The position numbers were made by a program, and so were the translations under genes. A stretch of DNA of 64,000 bases from Nitrosopumilaceae archaeon (lineage in GTDB: Archaea; Thermoproteota; Nitrososphaeria; Nitrososphaerales; Nitrosopumilaceae). Positions 10,530 to 18,830 of the stretch are shown one piece after another (position 1 is the first letter of the stretch; each line of letters starts with the position of its first letter). The notes beneath the pieces are model-generated. The model was not told where the DNA came from. It worked only from the letters and a program-made list of their open reading frames with translations, and did not search any database. Where the stretch lies: the NCBI GenBank assembly GCA_052389415.1, contig JBQTHX010000018.1, positions 9,558 through 73,557 on the forward strand, given 5' to 3'.

Positions 10530-10904
10530 TTGCAAGATCCAAACCCGTTGCCATGGGGCGCACAAGACCGTTTTCAGGCTCATTTCATAGTAAGGAGAAA
10601 CCTTTCTGAAGATGACAAGGGATTTGTAGCTGAAACAAAACAAACAACCAAAGGATTCTTTGGGTCAAATAAGCTGATTAATGTAGAATGGATAGGTGGA
10701 AGTATTGCTGACATACTAAACAACGACTCTGACCTTACCAAAATGATTCTAAAACAGTCTATCAAAGATGCTCAAATTAGGATAGATCCAACAAAGAATG
10801 GAGTGAGAATTTATGGAAAATGGAAAAGCGAAAACGAGTTTGGAATCTCAAAAGAACTGTTTGCTATATACGACAGAATAGCATCTCACATAAAAAATCT
10901 CTAA
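10530..10904 (+). CDS. Hypothetical protein
   Basis: 124-aa ORF 2 bp after previous gene. Confidence 0.6.
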   Translation: MQDPNPLPWGAQDRFQAHFIVRRNLSEDDKGFVAETKQTTKGFFGSNKLINVEWIGGSIADILNNDSDLTKMILKQSIKDAQIRIDPTKNGVRIYGKWKSENEFGISKELFAIYDRIASHIKNL

Positions 10905-11437
10905 GCTCGCCACCAATCTAGTGCTATACAATCTACCTTATCTTTGCCCCGTGGTATAGCTAAGATAAATTGCTTCTTGACTGTAGTGGCAAGCCTCCCA
11001 GCCAGAACCACTCCTGTAGCAGTAATTGTATCACTGGTGTTATAGACCTGAACTAAATAGGGAGCATGATCAATTCCAGGTCCTTTTTGATATACTGCAA
11101 AATCACAACCAAATTTTATTCCGGGATTTACTATGTATCCCTTTTCTCTGAAATCTTTGTAGACTGAATATTTTTTATCAAAGTTATGGTATTCTGACCT
11201 TGCTATTTGCAATAACTCCTTTTCTGAAATTTGTTTTTTTGCTTTGTAAACTTTAATTTTTGATTTTTGTATTAGGTAATATCCTTCTATTAAATCCAAA
11301 ATCAGAGGTACGTTTATCTCATCTAGTTTTGGTTTTGATATTCCAACTGGTTTTCCATAATATCCCTGCACAAAAAGAGAACGCGAATCTTGGATGTTCC
11401 AGATTACGATTCTATTTTCTATTAGTTCGCCTTTCAA
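10901..11437 (-). CDS. endA: tRNA-splicing endonuclease catalytic subunit; likely start TTG at 11437 (MKGELIENR)
   Basis: PGIKFGCDFAVY, GPGIDHAPY, RLATTVKK (Y/H/K catalytic triad). Confidence 0.92.
   Translation of the reverse strand: MKGELIENRIVIWNIQDSRSLFVQGYYGKPVGISKPKLDEINVPLILDLIEGYYLIQKSKIKVYKAKKQISEKELLQIARSEYHNFDKKYSVYKDFREKGYIVNPGIKFGCDFAVYQKGPGIDHAPYLVQVYNTSDTITATGVVLAGRLATTVKKQFILAIPRGKDKVDCIALDWWRA
11425..11437 (+). repeat. attL core GTTCGCCTTTCAA
   Basis: Identical to 23114-23126; 46 bp before integrase ATG. Confidence 0.88.
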
Positions 11438-11483
11438 TTTAGGATTATTGTCACTTAAATGCCAGTAATTAACGTTATAGACC

Positions 11484-12740
11484 ATGCAACGAAGTCTACT
11501 GCGATTCGAAAATGCCATAAAGAGTGAATCTACAAGAAAGTCATACAGGTATCAGCTACAAAAGTTTCTGGGATGGGCAAAAGTTCCTGAAGCTGATGGA
11601 CTGTTGAAACTTAGTGATTCTGACTTGGAATTGTTGCTTGAGGATTACCTGTTCTATAAAAAAACTAGAATCAGTCCTAATAGCATTCCTTTGATCTTTT
11701 CTCCACTTGAATTATTCTTTGGTATGAACGACAAAAATGTTAATTTTAAAAAATTAAGAAAAATGTTTCCTGCTAAAGTGAAGAGAAGTGGTTATGCTGC
11801 TTGGAGTAATGAAGATGCTCGAAAAATACTTGATGGTGCGAAAGGTTATCGTAACAAAGCACTAGTTCACGTTCTTGCAAGTACTGGATGTCGACTAGGG
11901 GCTATTCCTACATTGAAAGTAGGTCATGTTTCAGACATGCAAGGTGGATGCAAAGCAATCCTTCTCTATGAAGGATCAAACGAAGAATACTACGGTTTCT
12001 TAACCCCTGAAGCAAGTAAGGCACTGGATGAATATTTGGAGAGACGAAAACAGGACGGCGAAAAAGTAGGGATTGAATCTCCACTTTTCCGTTTACATTA
12101 CAGGATAGGTTCAGCAAAGGTGGAACCGCTTAACATGATTGCCCTGCAAGCCACGATGGTGAACATCATGAAATATGCAAGACCTAAGAGACACAAGGTT
12201 GGAATACGATACAACATTCAGCTTGATCACGGTTTTAGAAAGAGATTTGCCACAATTATCAAAATGGATAAAAAGATCAGTTGGGCAGTAGGGGAAAAAC
12301 TACTTGGTCATAAAACATATCTTGATGCGGAATATTTCAATCCTACAAAAGAAAACCTTTTTGCAGAATTTCAAAAGGTTGTTTTTAATCTTACAATCGA
12401 CGATTCTGAAAGAAACAAAATAACCATTCATGATCTAAAACAGCATAATTCTACTCTTCAAGTCAAGACTGCAGAAATTCCTGAAATGAAGAAGCAGATT
12501 GAACATGATCACTTGATAGTTCAGGTATTGGCAAAAACTATGAAGGAGATTGGAATAAATTTTGAATATCCTGACGGCACGCCATATAAGATTGATGAAA
12601 ATCTCAAAATCCCTGCTGAATACCTTCCTGAAACTGTTGCATACGATAAACCTCTAGTTGCACATAGCGAAGAAATTTTTCGTAAGATGCGTGAAAAAAA
12701 TAGTACTAATTTTTTTAATGGGGAAAAAAGGTCCTACTAA
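11484..12740 (+). CDS. Tyrosine recombinase/integrase
   Basis: STGCR (R), HGFRKRF (HxxR), LLGH, DAEYF (Y nucleophile); N-terminal STRKSY..L..F segment. Confidence 0.93.
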   Translation: MQRSLLRFENAIKSESTRKSYRYQLQKFLGWAKVPEADGLLKLSDSDLELLLEDYLFYKKTRISPNSIPLIFSPLELFFGMNDKNVNFKKLRKMFPAKVKRSGYAAWSNEDARKILDGAKGYRNKALVHVLASTGCRLGAIPTLKVGHVSDMQGGCKAILLYEGSNEEYYGFLTPEASKALDEYLERRKQDGEKVGIESPLFRLHYRIGSAKVEPLNMIALQATMVNIMKYARPKRHKVGIRYNIQLDHGFRKRFATIIKMDKKISWAVGEKLLGHKTYLDAEYFNPTKENLFAEFQKVVFNLTIDDSERNKITIHDLKQHNSTLQVKTAEIPEMKKQIEHDHLIVQVLAKTMKEIGINFEYPDGTPYKIDENLKIPAEYLPETVAYDKPLVAHSEEIFRKMREKNSTNFFNGEKRSY

Positions 12741-12957
12741 ATTTTAGAGAATTTTTTCTTGTTTTAATTACTTAGTAAAATAAATTCATCACACTTTATA
12801 CATTTCCAGAAACCTATGATTACGCCTAAAACCTCACACTAAGCGTGATATGATGTGTGATATTATAAAAAATGTGAAAATAGCCATAATGTTAGGCATA
12901 ACAAAATCACATTTTGATAGCTACCACAGGCATAACGTTTTCAGTACCGCATATTTT

Positions 12958-13380
12958 TTATGTTCACATAATTTTTTAAAATCACATAATTACACATTTT
13001 AGGCACATAATTAACATCTAGATATTCACATAAAAAATTGCCAAAAGTTTTTTTTGACCCGATACAGCTTGTTTGACACATCTTATGATTTGAATCTTTT
13101 AGGTCCATAAGAAAATCTTAGGAATAAGATTTTGAAATATTCTAAGATCAGGCATTTTATTCCTAAGATTCCTTCTATCTTGTTCCTAAGAAAAAAGGTA
13201 TTGTAATAACATTTAGCATATTTGCTTGTAATACCATATGACTCGTTGCAGGAAACGTCATAATATGGGACGAGTGAGTTCTTATAGGCTCATATTAAAA
13301 TCATGTGCACATGATTTTATGATATCACATGATCTGGTTTTTTGTTCACATGATCATTCACAAGCTACGCACATGAAAAA
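12958..13380 (+). repeat. Three modules of identical geometry (X'-N4-X-N13-X-N16-X-N18-X-AAAA) with X = CATAA, TAAGA, CATGA
   Basis: X at 12967/12985/13006/13029; 13125/13143/13164/13187; 13310/13328/13349/13372. Confidence 0.88.
13296..13319. repeat. Perfect 24-bp palindrome TAAAATCATGTGCACATGATTTTA
   Basis: Read directly; head of module 3. Confidence 0.9.
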
Positions 13381-13481
13381 GAGGTCTATTCAAATGAAAA
13401 AAGCTTGTATGACAAAAGCCTCGACATAAGCTTGATTATTTTGTACAAAAAGATGCGAATTTATCCATTTATGCAACAATT

Positions 13482-13505
13482 GCGTAATCATTGTATAGAT
13501 TACGC
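13482..13505. repeat. Dyad GCGTAATC-N8-GATTACGC overlapping the stop codon of the EndoIV-like gene
   Basis: Read directly; direct copy at 14457-14482. Confidence 0.8.
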
Positions 13506-14345
13506 GGATAATTCCTTTACTTTTTTTATGTTTCCAAAGTCATCGCGTCTATCATCTATTGGCGTTTCCAAAATGATTGGAATCTTCTTAGAACTAGCAA
13601 ATTTAATCACGTGTCTGAGTCCTTCTTCTCCTATCTTGCCTAATCCAATGTGCTCATGTCTGTTTACGTTGCACCCTATTTCTCCCTTCGAATCATTTAG
13701 ATGAATTAGTTTGAGGTGCTCAAATCCTATGGATTCATCAAATTTTTTAAGCGTTGTTGAAACTGATGTTTCAGTTCGTAAATCATATCCTGCTGCAAAT
13801 GCATGGCAAGTGTCAAAGCAGATGCCAAACCTATTTGCAGGTTTGAGTTGCCGCAAAATGGAAGCTAGCTGCTCAAAATCAGAACCTACGCTGTTTTTGA
13901 ATCCAGCCGTGTTCTGAAGAAGAATCATAACATCGTTTTGGTTTTCTGAAGTAGCTTTTGTAAACGCTTCAACAAGCTTTTCTATTGCCCTCTCGTCACC
14001 CGCTCCCATGTGGCTTCCTAGCTTAGATATGAGGTATGGAATGCCTAGTTGACCAGCTCTTCTTGTCTCATCAATTAAGCTGTTCAAAGATCTTACAAAA
14101 AAATCTCCATGTGGAGATGATAGATTTGACAGAATTGGCATTTTAGCAAACGTTGCAAACCTGTCAATTTTACTTGCAGCAAGTTTTTCTCTAAAATTAG
14201 TTATAACATCATTTGAAAGTGGTTTTGCTTTCCACCCACGTGGATTTCTTGTAAAAATTTGAAAAGCAGTGCAACCAAGAGTTAGTGCGTTATCTACTGC
14301 TCTATCGATGGAACCACTGATGGATACATGCATTCCAAGCTGCAT
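13500..14345 (-). CDS. Endonuclease IV (Nfo) paralogue with substituted metal ligands
   Basis: GMHVSISG, FQIFTRNPRGW, CFDTCH, IHLNDS, ILETP present; KMPI, SKLGSH, QNTAG, NRH replace HMPY, THLGSH, ENTAG, DRH. Confidence 0.92.
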   Translation of the reverse strand: MQLGMHVSISGSIDRAVDNALTLGCTAFQIFTRNPRGWKAKPLSNDVITNFREKLAASKIDRFATFAKMPILSNLSSPHGDFFVRSLNSLIDETRRAGQLGIPYLISKLGSHMGAGDERAIEKLVEAFTKATSENQNDVMILLQNTAGFKNSVGSDFEQLASILRQLKPANRFGICFDTCHAFAAGYDLRTETSVSTTLKKFDESIGFEHLKLIHLNDSKGEIGCNVNRHEHIGLGKIGEEGLRHVIKFASSKKIPIILETPIDDRRDDFGNIKKVKELSA

Positions 14346-14440
14346 CGTCTTTCATCTATAACAAGTCGGTGATTTAGATAAACTGGATCGTCTCATATAC
14401 GAATAAAATTTTAATTTCATGTGAGAATTAGATTTACCGT

Positions 14441-14482
14441 CGTAATCCTAAACAAGATTGCGTAATCTTAGTAGAGATTACG
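14441..14482. repeat. Two overlapping CGTAATC-N8-GATTRCG dyads (20-bp period)
   Basis: CGTAATC ctaaacaa GATTGCG (14441-14462); CGTAATC ttagtaga GATTACG (14461-14482). Confidence 0.8.
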
Positions 14483-14721
14483 AAATAAAATCAAATCATA
14501 CGCAAGAACAGAAACGCAGATAGATCCTAATCTATGCTGGATCTCAACAGACTAGAACCAATATTGTAGTTTGAACAAAGATTCAATCGATATACATGGA
14601 AGTGTCAAAAAGACACCTGCTGAACAAGATGAAATAAAGCTAATTTTGGTCAGAATAAGATAATCGTTTGTCGAAAAACTTTAGGCTTTATATATTTATT
14701 TTATAAAATGTACAAATATTT

Positions 14722-14744
14722 TATCTTTACAACAAGTAAAGATA
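14722..14744. promoter_or_regulatory. Operator-like palindrome TATCTTTAC-N5-GTAAAGATA upstream of the Lamassu-like operon
   Basis: Perfect 9-bp arms between an AT-rich TATA-like stretch (~14687-14706) and the start at 14773. Confidence 0.45.
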
Positions 14745-14772
14745 TTAACTAATCACAAATGATGATCAAGAA

Positions 14773-15992
14773 GTGGGAAAATTTTCTGCAGCTTCGTCTG
14801 CTCTCGGATACCTATTTCAGGCAAGGGAAGGATTACTCCTATTACTAAATTCAGAACCAAAAACTGTCATGTATTTAGAACGTTTTGATGACATAGAATT
14901 TGAAAAAGATGGTTCACCAACGGAACTAATACAGTTAAAACACAAACCAAGGTCGGCAACATCTCTGTCGGATACTAGCCCGGACATATGGAAAACACTA
15001 CGAATTTGGATTGAAGCGCATAAGAGCCGCCATGTTAACTTAGATAACACAATTTTCACCATAATTACTACAAATAAGGCAGAACATAATTCTGTAGCAA
15101 GTGTATTAGGATTAGATCAATCTAAACGGGATGTCAAATACGCTGTGGAGACTCTAACAACAGTGGCTAAAACTTCAGTTAGTAAGACTAACGAAGTAGC
15201 ATACAAAGTCTTCTTAAATCTAGAATACGGCGAACAATACAAATTATTAGATAGCACAAGAATCATAGATTCAGCTTCAACTATAGTAAATTTGCAAGAG
15301 GCATTCTACAAAAAATTAAGAATAGCCATTGACCAGAACACCTCAAATCCTTCCTCGAACGATTAGAGGGGTGGTGGTTTGGCGTTGTCATTAGTCATTT
15401 ATCCGGTGACTCTTCAGAACCAATTCATTATGAGGAGTTAGAAGCAAAGATTCATGATCTAAGTGACCAGTATCGAGTTGAAGATCTGCCAATAGATTAC
15501 AGAAACCTGATTCCTACAGAGGAAGCAGAATTAACAGCAAAACAACAAATTTTTGTAAATCAACTAAACATCATCATGTTAAGACAACCCAGAATAAAAA
15601 AAGCTATTACCGATTATTACAAAGCGTATAATCAACGGTCAAGATGGGTAAGAGAAAAGCTTGTTTTTCTCAACGAACTAAGTGAATATGAATCACAGTT
15701 AATTGATGAATGGGAACGTTATTTCTTTAAAGTTGATGAAGGTCTTCGTTCTACCCCCACCGAAGGCGAGTTAGTGAGTGCAGGAAGAACAATTTTTGAC
15801 TGGATGGATACTCAAGCCGATTTCTGCATAAGAAAGTATTGTACGGAACCATACGTTATGAGAGGCACGTATCATATTCTTGCAAATAAACTTCGTGTAG
15901 GCTGGCATCCAAAATTCCTAGAGCGTCTACAAGAATTACTTTCACCAGATTCGGAGAAACATTATGGAACAACAGAAAGAGCGTCCAATTGA
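14773..15992 (+). pseudogene. Lamassu LmuA/DdmA-like Cap4-type PD-(D/E)xK nuclease, frameshifted at ~15330
   Basis: SALGYLFQ, ERFDDI, LIQLKH; alternate frame from 15333 reads PEHLKSFLERLEGWWF and is open into ORF 15576-15992 (RGTYHILAN..VGWHP). Confidence 0.85.
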
Positions 15993-16449
15993 AATAGCGT
16001 CCCTTCTTAATCCAGCATTTTGTGGTCAGACTATATTGCATTGTATTTACAAATTTGAAAAAGTTGCTTCAGATGGATTCCCATACCCGTTGGTTTTTCT
16101 AGTATTGCCATTAATACTACATCAGGAAACAAGAGCAAAGGTTCCTTCTTTTACCCGCATCCCGTTTCATGTTTGGCTCCATAAAAATCAGAATCTGTTA
16201 ATTGGCTTCGCAGAACGTGCAAAACAATTGGTCACAATTACGAAAGAAGCCATTGCATTCTTGGCGAGTTATGACGTACTTAAATTAGAAGATGGAAAAT
16301 TCAGAGTTAGTAACTTTGAACCAAAATATGATGCTGCTATCTCACTGGATGTAAAGGATTGCTTTGCGAAGGCGGAAGTATTAGGAAAGTGGTTTGCAAG
16401 AACGGGTACTACAGCGACAATATATTCTATGTTAGGAGTGCAACCCTAG
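15964..16449 (+). CDS. ABC three-component middle protein (LmuC/DdmB-like, DUF6521-like)
   Basis: RP.EIASLLNPAFCG, LVLPLILH, LGKWF; lies between effector and SMC-like ATPase. Confidence 0.8.
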   Translation: MEQQKERPIEIASLLNPAFCGQTILHCIYKFEKVASDGFPYPLVFLVLPLILHQETRAKVPSFTRIPFHVWLHKNQNLLIGFAERAKQLVTITKEAIAFLASYDVLKLEDGKFRVSNFEPKYDAAISLDVKDCFAKAEVLGKWFARTGTTATIYSMLGVQP

Positions 16450-16450
16450 T

Positions 16451-18367
16451 TTGCAAATTTTGCAAGTAATTCTATATGGTTATAATAACAAAGTACGTAC
16501 GTTATCGTTTAAACTAGGCTCAGTAAACATAATCACTGGTAATTCTGCAACAGGCAAATCCGCCATACTAGAAATTGTTGATTATTGTTTAGGTAAATCG
16601 GAATGTTCGGTACCAGCTGGCGTCATCCGTGATTCAGTAAGATGGTTCGGAATTGTTCTACAACTGAAAAATAGTCAAATGTTTATTGCAAGGAAAAATC
16701 CTCCAGCTGGTAGCACATCTTCAGAAGTGTACATAGAGGAAGCTAAAGAGATTCGTATTCCGTCCTCTCCAATGCCAAGTAATAGTAATGTTGATGCATT
16801 AATTGAGACTCTGAGTAATAAAGTCGGAATATCTCCTAATCTTTACATTCCACCGAGAGGTCAAACGCGAGAAAAGTTATCCGCGACGATACGTCATACT
16901 ACATTCTTCTGTTTTCAAAAGCAGGATGAAATTGCGACCAACAGATATCTATTCCATCGTCAAGCAGATGGTTTTATCGCGCAATCGATTAAGGATTCTT
17001 TAGAATATTTTTTGGGCGCGATTAGGGAAGACAGATTAGCATTACTACAGAAATTAACTCTAGAAAAGAGGAATTTAAGCAAAGCAGAACGAGAACTGGT
17101 CGAGGCAGAAGCAATTAGAGGGGAAGGAATAAGCAAAGCTGTAGGATTAATAATACAAGCCAAAGAAGTTGGACTTGCTTCTCAGGAAGTTAACACACAA
17201 ACACCGGAAGAATATCTAAAAGTGCTCCAAAATATTTCAAAATGGAGACCTCGCGATCTAAAGGTTCCAAAAGCAAATCTTTTAGAAAAACTACAAGATG
17301 ACCTGCTGACACTAAAAGAAGAATTAAGAAGGAAAAATGAAGAAATAAATTCAGCAGTTACATTCTCTCAAGAGGCAGAAGGATTTACGGATGAGATACA
17401 ATATCAAGAACACCGTCTCGAATCTATAGGGCTATTTGATGAACACAGTGAATCCGATTGCCCCATGTGTTCGCAGCCTATTAAGGAAAGGAGTGATAAA
17501 GCTAAAGAAATTCAAAAGATGATTCATGAACTAAAAAATAATCTTGAGGGCTCACTGAGAACAAGATCGAATATTAGAGATTACATAGCAAAATCTGACG
17601 AAGAAGCAGAATCGATCAGAAAGAAAATCGACGAAAAAACCATTGAAATTTCATCGTTAATACAAGAACATGAATCATCAAGCAAGTTACGTGATGAGAA
17701 TATCCGGCAAAGCCAGATCATTGGCAAGATAAAATTTTGGCTCGAGAGTGTTGCTCTTACAGACGAAACGTCAGAATTGCGGTTGGCTGTTGAAAAAGCT
17801 AAGAAGAAAGTGAAGGAACTAGAATCATTAATTTCTGATGAGGAGAGAATAATGCGTCTAACTAGGATTTTGAACATTATCGGAAGGCAAATGTCTATTT
17901 GGACAGAAGAATTAGAATTAGAGCATAGTGGATATCCTGTTTATTTTGATATTCACAAATTAACAGTTGGAGTAGAAAAAGATGAACAATATATTCCTCT
18001 AATAGAAATGGGGAGTGGCGAGAATTGGTTAGGCTATCATATAATAGTAAATTTTGCTCTGCATTTGTATTTCCATCGGCATAATAGACCAGTACCAAGT
18101 TTTCTCTTCTTAGATCAACCGTCTCAAGTCTATTTCCCGCCAGATTTAGCAGATGAGTCGAAGGGTTCAATAGCTAAACTGAAAGATCGAGATAGAGATG
18201 CGATTAAAAGGATATACAATTTCATTTTCAAAGTTACAGAATCAATGGCGCCAAACTTTCAGGTAATAGTAACGGATCATGCAAAGTTGGACGATCCTAA
18301 ATTCCTTAAAAGTATTAGAGAAGAATGGAGAGACGGTAAAGCTTTGATTCCTCAAGATTGGCAATAG
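16451..18367 (+). CDS. Rad50/SMC-like ABC ATPase (LmuB/DdmC-like, DUF3732)
   Basis: Walker A ITGNSATGKS, coiled coils with CPMC hook, GSGENW signature, LFLDQPSQVYFP, VIVTDH. Confidence 0.88.
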   Translation: MQILQVILYGYNNKVRTLSFKLGSVNIITGNSATGKSAILEIVDYCLGKSECSVPAGVIRDSVRWFGIVLQLKNSQMFIARKNPPAGSTSSEVYIEEAKEIRIPSSPMPSNSNVDALIETLSNKVGISPNLYIPPRGQTREKLSATIRHTTFFCFQKQDEIATNRYLFHRQADGFIAQSIKDSLEYFLGAIREDRLALLQKLTLEKRNLSKAERELVEAEAIRGEGISKAVGLIIQAKEVGLASQEVNTQTPEEYLKVLQNISKWRPRDLKVPKANLLEKLQDDLLTLKEELRRKNEEINSAVTFSQEAEGFTDEIQYQEHRLESIGLFDEHSESDCPMCSQPIKERSDKAKEIQKMIHELKNNLEGSLRTRSNIRDYIAKSDEEAESIRKKIDEKTIEISSLIQEHESSSKLRDENIRQSQIIGKIKFWLESVALTDETSELRLAVEKAKKKVKELESLISDEERIMRLTRILNIIGRQMSIWTEELELEHSGYPVYFDIHKLTVGVEKDEQYIPLIEMGSGENWLGYHIIVNFALHLYFHRHNRPVPSFLFLDQPSQVYFPPDLADESKGSIAKLKDRDRDAIKRIYNFIFKVTESMAPNFQVIVTDHAKLDDPKFLKSIREEWRDGKALIPQDWQ

Positions 18368-18830
18368 GCGGTGACAAATTAATGACAGGACGATTCATGG
18401 AGTCTTTTCCAGATGTTGAAATTATAACTTGAATCTTATTTCAACTTAAAATATCACTTTCAGGAACAACTGATGCCTTTGGATGTTAAGATTGTAGTAG
18501 ATCCTGCCAAACAAATAGGATGATACATGTCTTGCATTGATAATGTTGTATTGGCTGCTTTTGCGTTTTACTATCAATGAAAACTATGACTAAATTCAAT
18601 GGAAATAAGATTAATTTTGTTAATTAATGAATGACGTGGCAATAAATTTCTAAACAATAATCTTTTCGTGCAAATTTTCTAAACGATTAAAATTTCCAGT
18701 TTAGGAAATGTGAAACTGATGAATTCTACTTAAAGTTTAATAAAATCGACTATACGACCACGGTATGAATGTATTTTTGAATCATGACATCCATTCAGGC
18801 ATATATTTCGAAAGGGATATGATGTAATAG

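Noticed and set aside
11438-11518. 27-aa N-terminal extension of EndA in the ORF track
   Set aside because: It lies inside the element beyond attL and overlaps the integrase; EndA-like sequence begins at TTG 11437
13282-13290. TTATAGGCT upstream of module 3 equals the attR flank 23128-23136
   Set aside because: Only 9 bp in AT-rich DNA and found post hoc; revisit if the modules prove to be att-related
12958-13380. CRISPR array interpretation of the short repeats
   Set aside because: Repeats are only 5-7 bp, spacers are 13-18 bp and homologous between units, and no cas genes are present
13238-13704. ORFs 13238-13429 and 13405-13704
   Set aside because: One lies over the repeat module, the other is antisense to the EndoIV-like gene; no protein-like motifs
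15308-15332. Programmed -1 frameshift at the A-run in lmuA
   Set aside because: Slippage there runs into TGA at 15330-15332 before the conserved downstream frame
18440-18600. Possible decayed gene on the minus strand (VFIDSKTQKQPIQH, VVPES), PEFG-protein-like
   Set aside because: Fragments are short and similarity is too weak to support
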